Positions 26,353-34,469 of a stretch of DNA of 64,000 nucleotides are shown here, one piece after another (the first letter of the stretch is position 1; the number at the start of each line of letters is the position of its first letter). A model generated the notes under the pieces. The model was not told the DNA's origin, made no database searches, and was given only the letters and a program-made list of their open reading frames with translations. The stretch lies in contig CAYPDT010000001.1 in assembly GCA_964409615.1 (NCBI GenBank), forward strand, positions 78,629 through 142,628, in the 5' to 3' direction. Source of the DNA: an uncultured Candidatus Saccharibacteria bacterium. Lineage in GTDB: Bacteria > Patescibacteriota > Saccharimonadia > Saccharimonadales > AWTP1-31. A program made the translations under genes and the position numbers.

Positions 26353-27294
26353 TTACCAATTCAGATAAGCACCGTCCGGCTGGAAATACATTTCTCCGGT
26401 CTCTAAGATTTCTACCGAACCCGGCTCTAGAAATTCCGGAATCCGCTCTATTTTCTTCCACATGGGGATATCACTATTTCTGGCTGCCACATTGTCGCGT
26501 GTTAGAATGAAATTCTCAACAACTGATTGTGCTACTTTTTGCCCACGAAATTTATCTAAAACTGCTCGAGCAATCCGTTCATTCTTGCCTAACTGAGGAT
26601 ATCGCGGAGTAATTTGAAGTACATTATTGTCATACGACTTACTTGCTTCATCATATTCCCAGTCGGCATACTCTAAACCTACCGACCATTGGTCAACAGT
26701 GGGCAATCGGGCGCGTAGTTGTTGATGAGTTGCCGCGGGTTTGCCAGATTTAACGAGTAATTTACGGACACGGGGGCTGACGCCACCAATAACTGCCGTT
26801 TCTTCAATTCGGTCACCATATACTCCAACGTACAAGCATTCCCACCGTACGATACACGATGCGCATATTCTTTGTGCAAGTGGCAGTTGTTCTAGATGTA
26901 CTGGGTGGAATATCACTGGGTCTTTACCTTTACAGTTTGCATCTTTTTTAAGCAATTCGCGTAAATCATCTATATAGTCGAGGGTTGCCTGGTCTTTCAC
27001 CCGATTGTCTTCGTCGGCTTCGGCTAATAGTCGTCTGACCAATAGAGCGTGTTCAGATAGCTGCTGTGCATAACGCATAAGAAATTCCGGTATCAGTTGG
27101 TTTTGCTCCAACATACCAGAGCGAGCAAACAAGTCACGGACCAATTCAATATCCTCGCGTGAGGCAATAACATCTTCTAGTAATGACATGTCATTCTCAA
27201 TAGCAGCCATAAAAATCGTATTCTGGGTTTCACTAAAATCGCTAACTATTTCGCTTACTTCATCTTCAGTTAACCGCCGGCGGCGAATTGCCAC
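26353..27294 (-). CDS. 313-aa protein with an internal WhiB-like (Wbl) 4-Cys domain
   Basis: Residues 121-180 read CKGKDPVIFHP-x13-CASCIVRWEC...AVIGGVSPRVRKLL. This is C-x22-C-x2-C-x5-C with the DPxxFxP and G[VI]xGG..S..R motifs of Wbl proteins (nt 26755-26934). It is flanked by about 120-aa N- and C-terminal extensions. Confidence 0.55.
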   Translation of the reverse strand: MAIRRRRLTEDEVSEIVSDFSETQNTIFMAAIENDMSLLEDVIASREDIELVRDLFARSGMLEQNQLIPEFLMRYAQQLSEHALLVRRLLAEADEDNRVKDQATLDYIDDLRELLKKDANCKGKDPVIFHPVHLEQLPLAQRICASCIVRWECLYVGVYGDRIEETAVIGGVSPRVRKLLVKSGKPAATHQQLRARLPTVDQWSVGLEYADWEYDEASKSYDNNVLQITPRYPQLGKNERIARAVLDKFRGQKVAQSVVENFILTRDNVAARNSDIPMWKKIERIPEFLEPGSVEILETGEMYFQPDGAYLNW

Positions 27295-27344
27295 CGCGTG
27301 AGGCGTGGCCAGTATGGAAGATTGCTGGCCGGCCTCTGAGGGGC

Positions 27345-29009
27345 CTACGCTAAAAAACTTGGCGTCTTGCTGAGTGGCCTTACGGTTCGCGTAAAGGTTG
27401 GCTCTTTATAGCCAATTGGAGTAGCGGCTTGTAGCCAGGTGTCACCGGTTTCAGAATCGAATCTCAGCAACCCGTTTACATGGCTCGCATTATTCAACTT
27501 AGCAATCAAGGCGGTTATCTCGCCATGCAGTGTGTCTGAGTCTTTAGAAAGCAGACCGACTTCTTGGAGTCGAGGAATGTTAATTCGACAGTCTGGTGAA
27601 AGCACCAATAGATTCAAGAGCGTAACTTCTGGTCTACTAAATTGTAATGGCCTACCATTGAGTACACAGCGTTTAGCAGGCTCCAGACGTAGTAGTTCAA
27701 TATCGCCATCACGCGCAGGAATATAGTCGGCATGGACGTAGTCTCCTGCAAGGAAATTTCTCAATTTCGCAGGGTCTGCGCTTGGGTCACCGAGGTATTC
27801 GGCAAGTCGTGCAATATCCCACACTCCAAATTCCGCATCCACAAATGGTTCAGCAGTAGAATCCTCATCTTTTTCAGTGTCGCGATTTGCTTCGCCTGCA
27901 TTAGTTCTTTGAGTCAGTTGAGGAGATGGTTTTCTATCGGAATCTTTAGCCCCTCCTTCGTTCGCAGTAGAATCGTTATCTGAATATTCAACGACCCCAG
28001 ACGTAATTCTTGATGCTATGGCACGCTGATTAGGAATCAACTGACTCATAGAATCACCGGTGTATGCCTTTAGTCCTTTTAGTCGAGAGTTATACGCTCC
28101 AGGACTTAAAACTAATAGCTTGCACATGTCTTGATTACGCAAAAAACCAAAGGGTGAAAGGGCAAGCAAGATATTCATCACTTCACGCTGCCCTTCAAAC
28201 CGGACAACTGAAGTTGTACCGTCCGCATGCAATAACGTGTTGTTACTAATCGCCCGCAACGATGGCAACAAAGCGTCAAATTTACCGCCTCGGTATTCCG
28301 TATAAACGTCTACTAACCGCTGTCCCAAATGACCTTCAGCTAATTGACCTGGAATATCAAACATTTCTGTAACACGTATAAAGTCTGAAATTAATCCGCG
28401 CTTATCAACAAAATCAGGTAGCTCACCGCGCGAAATACAATCGAGTGCTTCATCTATGAATTGTTGTCTGGCAGTTCGCTCAACAGGAGCTGCTGCTTCA
28501 ACCGGCTGAGTGGTGATGATTGGCTGTGATTCGTCACTGCGTTCTATCAGCCAAACCAGGTCATCATCAGTATCTTGGTCGTCAGCTTCTATTACCGGAA
28601 GTACCGTATTAGCTTCTTCATCTAGCGTAGCTGGTGTTTCTACTGTTTGTGTTGGTGTTGGTGTTGGTGTTGGTGCTGGCGCCGGCGATTCCGCGCACGA
28701 ATCATCCAGGCAGAAGTCTTCTTCGGTAAGTTTGATTGCAGGCTGGGCAGCTACAGGTAATGCTGTTTCAACATCAGCTCGTGCTGCCTCTGGCAGCAAA
28801 ATAGACGTTCCTCCCAATAGTCGCTGCATTTCGGCAAGGACCGCCGTAGCTCTTTGTTCATCTGCGAACCCATCTACTCGTGCAAAGCTGTTTGCCAAAG
28901 CAATGTGTGCAAGCGCTTCACGTAAGTGGGCGTCGGCAGCAGTAATTTCTGCTGTCATCGATTGAGCAGCGTGTTCCATCCCATTACTTGCAGCAGTTGG
29001 AGTAGTCAT
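27345..29009 (-). CDS. Acidic 554-aa protein with a C-terminal OmpR/PhoB-type winged-helix (Trans_reg_C-like) domain and no receiver domain
   Basis: The C-terminus LRLEPAKRCVLNGRPLQFSRPEVTLLNLLVLSPDCRINIPRLQEVGLL...ITALIAKLN...IGYKE fits the Trans_reg_C pattern. Has a PAPAPTPTPTPT linker. Paralog of the divergent neighbour. Confidence 0.45.
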   Translation of the reverse strand: MTTPTAASNGMEHAAQSMTAEITAADAHLREALAHIALANSFARVDGFADEQRATAVLAEMQRLLGGTSILLPEAARADVETALPVAAQPAIKLTEEDFCLDDSCAESPAPAPTPTPTPTQTVETPATLDEEANTVLPVIEADDQDTDDDLVWLIERSDESQPIITTQPVEAAAPVERTARQQFIDEALDCISRGELPDFVDKRGLISDFIRVTEMFDIPGQLAEGHLGQRLVDVYTEYRGGKFDALLPSLRAISNNTLLHADGTTSVVRFEGQREVMNILLALSPFGFLRNQDMCKLLVLSPGAYNSRLKGLKAYTGDSMSQLIPNQRAIASRITSGVVEYSDNDSTANEGGAKDSDRKPSPQLTQRTNAGEANRDTEKDEDSTAEPFVDAEFGVWDIARLAEYLGDPSADPAKLRNFLAGDYVHADYIPARDGDIELLRLEPAKRCVLNGRPLQFSRPEVTLLNLLVLSPDCRINIPRLQEVGLLSKDSDTLHGEITALIAKLNNASHVNGLLRFDSETGDTWLQAATPIGYKEPTFTRTVRPLSKTPSFLA

Positions 29010-29136
29010 TCAACCTAGTGTACGTAGTTGTTATGTTCTGAGGCAAGGCGCAGGTATTAATTTACAACAATGCTTAGCAGACAAAGCGACAACTTTATTG
29101 ATTCGCTGGTATTGCAGTGCTATGCTTCGAGACAAG

Positions 29137-30531
29137 ATGACTATTCATACCGCACCAGCACTCCCATTGTCTCCAGAATTCAGTTTGCCGGAAGCATCTC
29201 TATCACCCGACGACCATTTACTGCGAGCGGCCGAACATATTGCGATTGCAGCTTTGCACGCATCACTTGCACAAGGCCAAGAAACCGATAGACTCCAGCC
29301 TATCGCACAAGAACTCTCCATACAATTAGGTGAAATAGAACGCTTGCTACCAGCTGCCGCCGTGGCACTATCTACCATTGTTGCACCTCCTGAGGTAGAG
29401 ACTCCCGAAGTGACAATCGACCTTGCCGATAATCCTGATGGTTCTACAGCAGAACCAACAATTACTACCATCGAGGATGTACTACCTCATCCAGTTTCTG
29501 AAGAGACTCCAGAGCACTCACCACAACCCGAATTATTTGATGACGCAACTCGGGCAAGATACCAGACAGTTTTGGGGAAAATTTTTGGAGACGACTCTAT
29601 TCAAGACCTGCATGATTCGGCGCTCATTCAACTCTTCCAAAGTGTAAGCTCGCGGTACACAGACATGACCATCACTCGACTGAGCAGTCAGGCAAAGCAA
29701 GACCGTGCTGCACAATTACAGCTTCATCTAGATGGAAAATCCAACCTTGAAATTGCTCAACAATATGGCAGCACTCGAGAAGCAATCAGTCAGGCTCTGC
29801 GGAAATTCTACGAAAGTTTTAACAGTCGGGTTACGCCAGAAGAGCTCGAGCAAACGCTTTCCAATGCCCAGGACGAAGTATTAAAACCAGAAGCATTGGA
29901 CGCTGCAACCACTGAAAAACCCGAAATACACCTGACCGACAGCGGCATAGTCATCAACAATGTTTGGTACGCAGCATCATCCGAACAATTACCCTACCTA
30001 GATATAATGCTCAATCTTGATACTGCAATTAGCGCTTCACGCTTAGCAGCCAAGCTCTCGAGTAGCGATGATGCAGCTACCAATTCTGAGGTTGACGTCG
30101 CCGAAGAGGCGTTGATTGACCTGCACCGACGAGGTATTGTAGAAGAAGTAAGTCATGAAATTGATGGTGAGATTCTAGTTGAATATAGAGTAAGCGCTAA
30201 TCCTGAAATTGGACTCAAGCGGAGAAATATTGTCACCATTGACGATAAAGTGCTCTACCTGACTGATTTAGATGTTGACGTACTGCAAATACTGACCGCA
30301 GATTTCATCTCGCTAAACACTAGTGCTATTTCGAGACTATTGAGCCCCGACCAACTTCTCACCAAACCAGTTTTCGATAAAATGGCCCGTGGTATCAAAA
30401 AATACTTAATTCCACAGGGTATTGTACAAAAAGTCTATCCACCGGATAGTCAAGTTACACCTGAATTTCAAGTTTCAAGTCAGTATTTCGGCGCTGTGCA
30501 CGATACTATCGCTGAACTAAAACGCAACTAA
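29137..30531 (+). CDS. Paralog of 27345..29009: sigma-70 region-4/LuxR-like HTH plus C-terminal OmpR-type winged helix, no receiver domain
   Basis: ORF track 29098..30531. Start chosen at MTIHTAPA to match the paralog's MTTPTAA. HTH LHLDGKSNLEIAQQYGSTREAISQALRKF. C-terminus IVTIDDKVLYLTDLDVDVLQILTADFISLNTSAISRLL. Confidence 0.5.
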   Translation: MTIHTAPALPLSPEFSLPEASLSPDDHLLRAAEHIAIAALHASLAQGQETDRLQPIAQELSIQLGEIERLLPAAAVALSTIVAPPEVETPEVTIDLADNPDGSTAEPTITTIEDVLPHPVSEETPEHSPQPELFDDATRARYQTVLGKIFGDDSIQDLHDSALIQLFQSVSSRYTDMTITRLSSQAKQDRAAQLQLHLDGKSNLEIAQQYGSTREAISQALRKFYESFNSRVTPEELEQTLSNAQDEVLKPEALDAATTEKPEIHLTDSGIVINNVWYAASSEQLPYLDIMLNLDTAISASRLAAKLSSSDDAATNSEVDVAEEALIDLHRRGIVEEVSHEIDGEILVEYRVSANPEIGLKRRNIVTIDDKVLYLTDLDVDVLQILTADFISLNTSAISRLLSPDQLLTKPVFDKMARGIKKYLIPQGIVQKVYPPDSQVTPEFQVSSQYFGAVHDTIAELKRN

Positions 30532-30555
30532 CTGGTGCATTCACTCAAACAAATT

Positions 30556-30576
30556 AAAAACCCACCGACAGGTGGG
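30556..30576 (-). terminator. Intrinsic terminator downstream of tRNA-Val
   Basis: Minus strand: CCCACC-tgtc-GGTGGG followed by TTTTT, 9 nt after the tRNA-Val 3' end. It also sits 25 nt after the stop of the plus-strand gene. Confidence 0.6.
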
Positions 30577-30584
30577 ATGTAATA

Positions 30585-30661
30585 TGGTGGGCGCTGAGGG
30601 ACTCGAACCCCCGACCCCCTCGGTGTAAACGAGGTGCTCTAGCCAGCTGAGCTAAGCGCCC
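30585..30661 (-). tRNA. tRNA-Val (anticodon UAC), CCA encoded
   Basis: Reverse complement GGGCGCUUAGCUCAGCUGGCUAGAGCACCUCGUUUACACCGAGGGGGUCGGGGGUUCGAGUCCCUCAGCGCCCACCA. Anticodon loop UUUACAC. Confidence 0.9.
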
Positions 30662-30729
30662 AAACCAATAGCAACTATTTTACACTTTTCACTAATATTA
30701 TTCAAGCTGTTAGTATAGTTAAACGCTAT

Positions 30730-30758
30730 TTACGAACCACTACCAAAAATGGTAGAAT
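30730..30758 (+). promoter_or_regulatory. Candidate promoter of tRNA-Leu(GAG)
   Basis: TTACGA (30730-30735), 17-nt spacer, TAGAAT (30753-30758). The tRNA starts 13 nt downstream. Confidence 0.5.
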
Positions 30759-30770
30759 AACCGTTGATTT

Positions 30771-30857
30771 GCGCGAGTGCTGGAATTGGTAGACAGGCTA
30801 CGTTGAGGTCGTAGTGTTCGCAAGGACGTGGAGGTTCAAGTCCTCTCTCGCGCACCA
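30771..30857 (+). tRNA. tRNA-Leu (anticodon GAG), long variable arm, CCA encoded
   Basis: GCGCGAGUGCUGGAAUUGGUAGACAGGCUACGUUGAGGUCGUAGUGUUCGCAAGGACGUGGAGGUUCAAGUCCUCUCUCGCGCACCA. Anticodon loop UUGAGGU. Confidence 0.9.
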
Positions 30858-32533
30858 CAAGTGACCAATTGGTCACTTTTTACTTTAAAGAGCTCATTCA
30901 GACCTGTTATTAGGCTTGGGTTTGTGGTTCCAGATTCTATTTCTGCATAGGTTGGAGTTTGGTTAAAAAGTACTCCAAAAAAGTTAGCTTTTTTAAGCGG
31001 ATCACTCTGTTGTAACAGTAGGTAATCCATGTGTTCCAGAAAGTATCTTAGGTACTTCAGAACTAGGTCAAAATTAAGTGGTTCTTTTGCTTTCTTCACT
31101 AGTTTTTCCTCCTCCAGTGTTTTAATTTCTTTCTCGATCTTCACTACATCCTCCTCAATGTATTTAATAGCGGTTTTACTACTCAGCATCTTGAGCTTAT
31201 CGACTAAAGCCCCTAATTGCAGTTGCAACTCAGTAATTCGCTCATCTATGGATCGAGTCTCGACTCCCAGTGATTCTTGACGCGTTGCCCATGTTTCTTC
31301 CAGAACAGTGATCAAACTGTCTATCTGCTCTTGTGGCATGGTTACACGGCGTACAAATTGCTCAATAGTACTCTCGAACTCATCTTTTGCGACACGAAAA
31401 TAGTGGCCACGCTTGTTGCAGTGGTAAGCGGGATACTTTTTCCCACTCCGACCCTGAGATGCGCTACCGTAGAGCGGCTTCTCGCAACCTGAGCACATAA
31501 CAATCTTTCTATATGGATAGTCTGCGTTAAATCTACCTTTACGCTGTTGGTGTTCAGGAGCTTCGCGCTTGATTATCTTAGTCTTACCATCGTCCTCTAC
31601 GAGCGTAATCTTGCCTCGGTTAGCCTTGTTGAAGTCCTCATACGTCACGAGACCTTCAAACTTTGCCTTAACAGGCTCGCTATCAGTCCATTTCTCGCAT
31701 ATAACTCCAGCGTAGATAGGATGCTCAATAAACTTCCAAAATCGCTTCAGTGTAAGCTTATTGCCACCCATTGTTTTGGATACCTTGCCACTTGATATAG
31801 TTTTTCGCCTAATCATGGTTCGCGACTTGTAGCCTAAGCGGTTAATCTCATCAACAATCTGCTGGTCAGTTAAATTACCCTGGGAACGGAGTTCAAACAT
31901 CTTTAATACGTAAAACTCCTCACTCTCAACTGGCGCAAGTATGTAGCGTTTGCCATTTGGCGTATCAATACGCTGACTGCAATATCCATAAGGCGCACGC
32001 CGCATATAGTAGCCAAGTCGCGTGTAACGGACTTCTGCGCCTATCATACGGCTCATAATGTCTCTTAGTTCAGACTTTGCTCGTTCGGCTTCTAGTAGCT
32101 CTGTAGTGTGAGATGGCGAAAACTTGCTCCAATAATACTCCACCCCGAGGTGCTCCAGAGTATTAACCTTAACATTGCTAATAACCCCATACATATCTAT
32201 TAGCTCGATCCCTCGCGGCTCTAGCTGTCGTTTCAGCTGATCGTAGAAGTAAGATCCGCCACGCGTAAATCTGTCGATAGACTTAACCAGCACTACCTCA
32301 ATTCCATTTTTAGGATTAATTGCATAGTCGATTAGATTTTGCATCGGCTGTTCTTCGTGCGATGCAGATTCAAGGTAGGTCAGTGTTTTTACGATACGAA
32401 GATTACGATTTGGTGCGAACTTCTGCCCTTGTTCTATTTGCGCATCGGGTGAATCACCATCAATACTTTGGCCTGGCGTAGAAGCACGAACGCCCAGTAG
32501 TGTATTACGTGGTCGAGATTGTTCCAATAGCAT
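30836..32533 (-). CDS. Large serine recombinase (element B)
   Basis: 565 aa, roughly 55% identical by eye to recombinase A. LLGVRASTPGQ...SIDRFTRGG. Zn ribbon CSGCEKPLYG...YHCNKRGHY. The last 7 codons (CGARERT*) are the antisense of the tRNA-Leu acceptor/T-arm. Confidence 0.9.
   Translation of the reverse strand: MLLEQSRPRNTLLGVRASTPGQSIDGDSPDAQIEQGQKFAPNRNLRIVKTLTYLESASHEEQPMQNLIDYAINPKNGIEVVLVKSIDRFTRGGSYFYDQLKRQLEPRGIELIDMYGVISNVKVNTLEHLGVEYYWSKFSPSHTTELLEAERAKSELRDIMSRMIGAEVRYTRLGYYMRRAPYGYCSQRIDTPNGKRYILAPVESEEFYVLKMFELRSQGNLTDQQIVDEINRLGYKSRTMIRRKTISSGKVSKTMGGNKLTLKRFWKFIEHPIYAGVICEKWTDSEPVKAKFEGLVTYEDFNKANRGKITLVEDDGKTKIIKREAPEHQQRKGRFNADYPYRKIVMCSGCEKPLYGSASQGRSGKKYPAYHCNKRGHYFRVAKDEFESTIEQFVRRVTMPQEQIDSLITVLEETWATRQESLGVETRSIDERITELQLQLGALVDKLKMLSSKTAIKYIEEDVVKIEKEIKTLEEEKLVKKAKEPLNFDLVLKYLRYFLEHMDYLLLQQSDPLKKANFFGVLFNQTPTYAEIESGTTNPSLITGLNELFKVKSDQLVTCGARERT
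30861..30881 (+). terminator. Perfect 16-bp palindrome plus T5, 3 nt after tRNA-Leu(GAG): tRNA terminator and/or recombinase att core
   Basis: GTGACCAATTGGTCAC (30861-30876) followed by TTTTT. It lies inside the 3' end of the recombinase B coding sequence on the opposite strand. Confidence 0.45.
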
Positions 32534-32699
32534 GGTCTACCCTCAACTTACGCTCTATATGCTTATCGCCCTTTTGATCTTCTATTACACGATCAATCAC
32601 TAGATTTGCTATAAGCTTTAACCGTTCTTCACTCGGCATGTATACAAACTCGGATAGGGCGGTCGTCTGTTTATTCTTTGAGCCTTTGGTGCGTGCCAT
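32505..32699 (-). CDS. Small element protein (MARTKGSKNK...), homolog of 22840..22980
   Basis: ORF 32505..32732. Start set at MARTKG by homology with element A. Overlaps the recombinase B start by 29 nt. Confidence 0.5.
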   Translation of the reverse strand: MARTKGSKNKQTTALSEFVYMPSEERLKLIANLVIDRVIEDQKGDKHIERKLRVDHAIGTISTT

Positions 32700-32700
32700 C

Positions 32701-32883
32701 TTATAACTTCTTTCGGCTCGCCTTGGCTTCAAAGCCTAGGCTTATCTCTCGTTTAGTGAGTTTTCCGGTAATCTCATTCTGAACAAAGCAAATAATCCGG
32801 ACATCGGCAATCTCTACAATCATCTCTCCAACTGCTAATACTTTGAGCATTTGTCTTCTGTTTGATGATTTGACCTTACCCAT
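32701..32883 (-). CDS. Small hypothetical protein (element B)
   Basis: 60-aa ORF tightly packed between the RHH gene and the MARTKG gene. No motif recognised. Confidence 0.3.
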   Translation of the reverse strand: MGKVKSSNRRQMLKVLAVGEMIVEIADVRIICFVQNEITGKLTKREISLGFEAKASRKKL

Positions 32884-32945
32884 GTCTACCCTCCACTAAA
32901 AAACGTACCGTTGATAGGTACGCTTATAACTCGACTAACAGGAGG

Positions 32946-33158
32946 TTATTTCTCCCAGGGTCTGCCTGGTTTAGGTCTGTCTTTTAATTCTTGTTCCACT
33001 AACTTTTTAAGTTCTTTGTCGCCAGAACTGGCAAGGAGCTTCAGGATGAGTTCGCTAAGTGTCTTGCCGTTTTTCTGGGCAACAGCTTTAGCGCGGCTAC
33101 GAACCGCGTCTGACACTCGTATCTGCATACTCACTATCTTCCTGGACATAAGCCCCAT
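32946..33158 (-). CDS. Ribbon-helix-helix (CopG/Arc-like) DNA-binding protein (element B)
   Basis: MQIRVSDAVRSRAKAVAQKNGKTLSELILKLL shows the beta-strand then helix-helix pattern of RHH repressors. The true start may be the internal Met (about 33128). Confidence 0.55.
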   Translation of the reverse strand: MGLMSRKIVSMQIRVSDAVRSRAKAVAQKNGKTLSELILKLLASSGDKELKKLVEQELKDRPKPGRPWEK

Positions 33159-33445
33159 TTTAATACTTAATCAGTTTTTCTGCTACATATACCCTCGTTT
33201 AGCCGAATTATTAACGTACCTTCTACATATAAATAGTATTACTAATTAAACTAAATAGCAATACTAATTAACGATTTTCTGACGTAATATTTACTCCAAT
33301 AAAGGTTGCTACCGTAAGCAACGATTATTACTTAAATTAACAGATGTAAACCTACCTCAATATTCTTCCTCTATTATATAAATATAAGAGTGACAAGAGT
33401 ATAGTACAGAGACAGGAATAGAGAGCGGTGGTGAGAGAGTGTTAG

Positions 33446-34213
33446 ATGCCAAGAAAAGAGTACAAGTTAAATCAAAATCAAGTACAGTTTTTAAAACTAT
33501 TGTTTAAGTTTAGGTTTGCAAATACTGAGTTATTAGCAAGATATAAGAGTGTCAGTCAGACAGCTATTAAGAAAACATTGGCTAACCTTACTGAACGAAA
33601 GCTCATTGATCGACACTACGGCAGTTCCTACAAGTTCAGCGGTAGAGGCGCTGAGTACTACCTTACCCTTGAGGGTATGAAGTTGCTTAGGGATATGGGG
33701 CTAAGCCAGAAAGCCATGCGGACTATGTATAACAATACAAAGGCGACGCTTGAGTTTAGGCAACAATGTCTAGATATATTTGCAGCTTACTTACGATTAC
33801 GAGAACTCTATCCTGAAACCTTTAGTATGTTTACCCGTTCTGAGCTGGCTGATTTCGCTTATTTCCCCCAACCCTCACCAGATCTCTATTTGATACGCAA
33901 AACACCCTTAGATGACCTGATAAACGAGTACATGCTAGAAATAAACACCGACGCACGCTTTTTCGTCCAAAAAAAGCGGTTAGATGTCTATTTTGAACAC
34001 GCCGACTCAGGGGAGTGGGATGATCAGGGTAATGGCTATCCAATCTTGCTGTGGATATGTGGGGATAGTCGTATGGAAATGAAAGTACAAAAATATCTAG
34101 AGAACAGATTAGATGATCTTGAGGTGCGCACTACTACTTTGAAAGCATTGCTCAATAAGCACTCTCAGGAAAAAGTAATTTGGAGTACTGAAGAAAAGCT
34201 AGTTGATTTATAA
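33446..34213 (+). CDS. Replication-relaxation-family-like winged-helix protein (element B)
   Basis: 255 aa. LNQNQVQFLKLLFKFRFANTELLARY...TAIKKTLANLTERKLIDRH...YYLTLEGMKLL. Paralog of 21857..22645. A 9-bp hairpin at 34245-34266 follows. Confidence 0.55.
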   Translation: MPRKEYKLNQNQVQFLKLLFKFRFANTELLARYKSVSQTAIKKTLANLTERKLIDRHYGSSYKFSGRGAEYYLTLEGMKLLRDMGLSQKAMRTMYNNTKATLEFRQQCLDIFAAYLRLRELYPETFSMFTRSELADFAYFPQPSPDLYLIRKTPLDDLINEYMLEINTDARFFVQKKRLDVYFEHADSGEWDDQGNGYPILLWICGDSRMEMKVQKYLENRLDDLEVRTTTLKALLNKHSQEKVIWSTEEKLVDL

Positions 34214-34469
34214 CTTCACTTGGCATTATATAAAATAACAAGCCACCTTGTCGCTTGCGACGAGGTTTGATCGTAATATAGTGGAGGTCTGGATACATTC
34301 AGTGACGACAATCACCCGAGAATCATACGTTTTGCTTTCTTTATCATACCGGCCAGTGCACGTTATGAGATTAAGTTGCTAGGCTCATTTTCAAAACTGC
34401 ATGATTTGTATGTATGTAGTTATTACCTCAACACGTCTTATGAATCAGCGTTATCGATTGGTATCTAAG

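Larger units (their letters stand above)
30858..34300. mobile_element. Mini integrative element B (about 3.4 kb), abutting the 3' end of tRNA-Leu(GAG); right boundary approximate
   Basis: Large serine recombinase (ORF ends 22 nt inside the tRNA), small MARTKG protein, 60-aa ORF, RHH protein and replication-relaxation-like protein. It is a mirror image of element A. Confidence 0.55.

Noticed and set aside
28641-28690. Hexanucleotide microsatellite (GTTGGT x4, then GCTGGC/GCCGGC)
   Set aside because: It encodes the in-frame PAPAPTPTPTPT linker of the 554-aa protein on the minus strand. This is low-complexity coding sequence, not an independent element.
30828-34288. 8-bp direct repeat GTGGAGGT at 30828-30835 (in the tRNA-Leu T-stem, adjacent to the recombinase stop) and 34281-34288, as possible att duplication of element B
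   Set aside because: By my rough estimate, an 8-mer match between an 87-nt tRNA and a ~250-nt region has roughly a one-in-three chance expectation. The sequence after the second copy does not continue as tRNA. Serine recombinases do not generate long target duplications. I keep it only as a weak hint.
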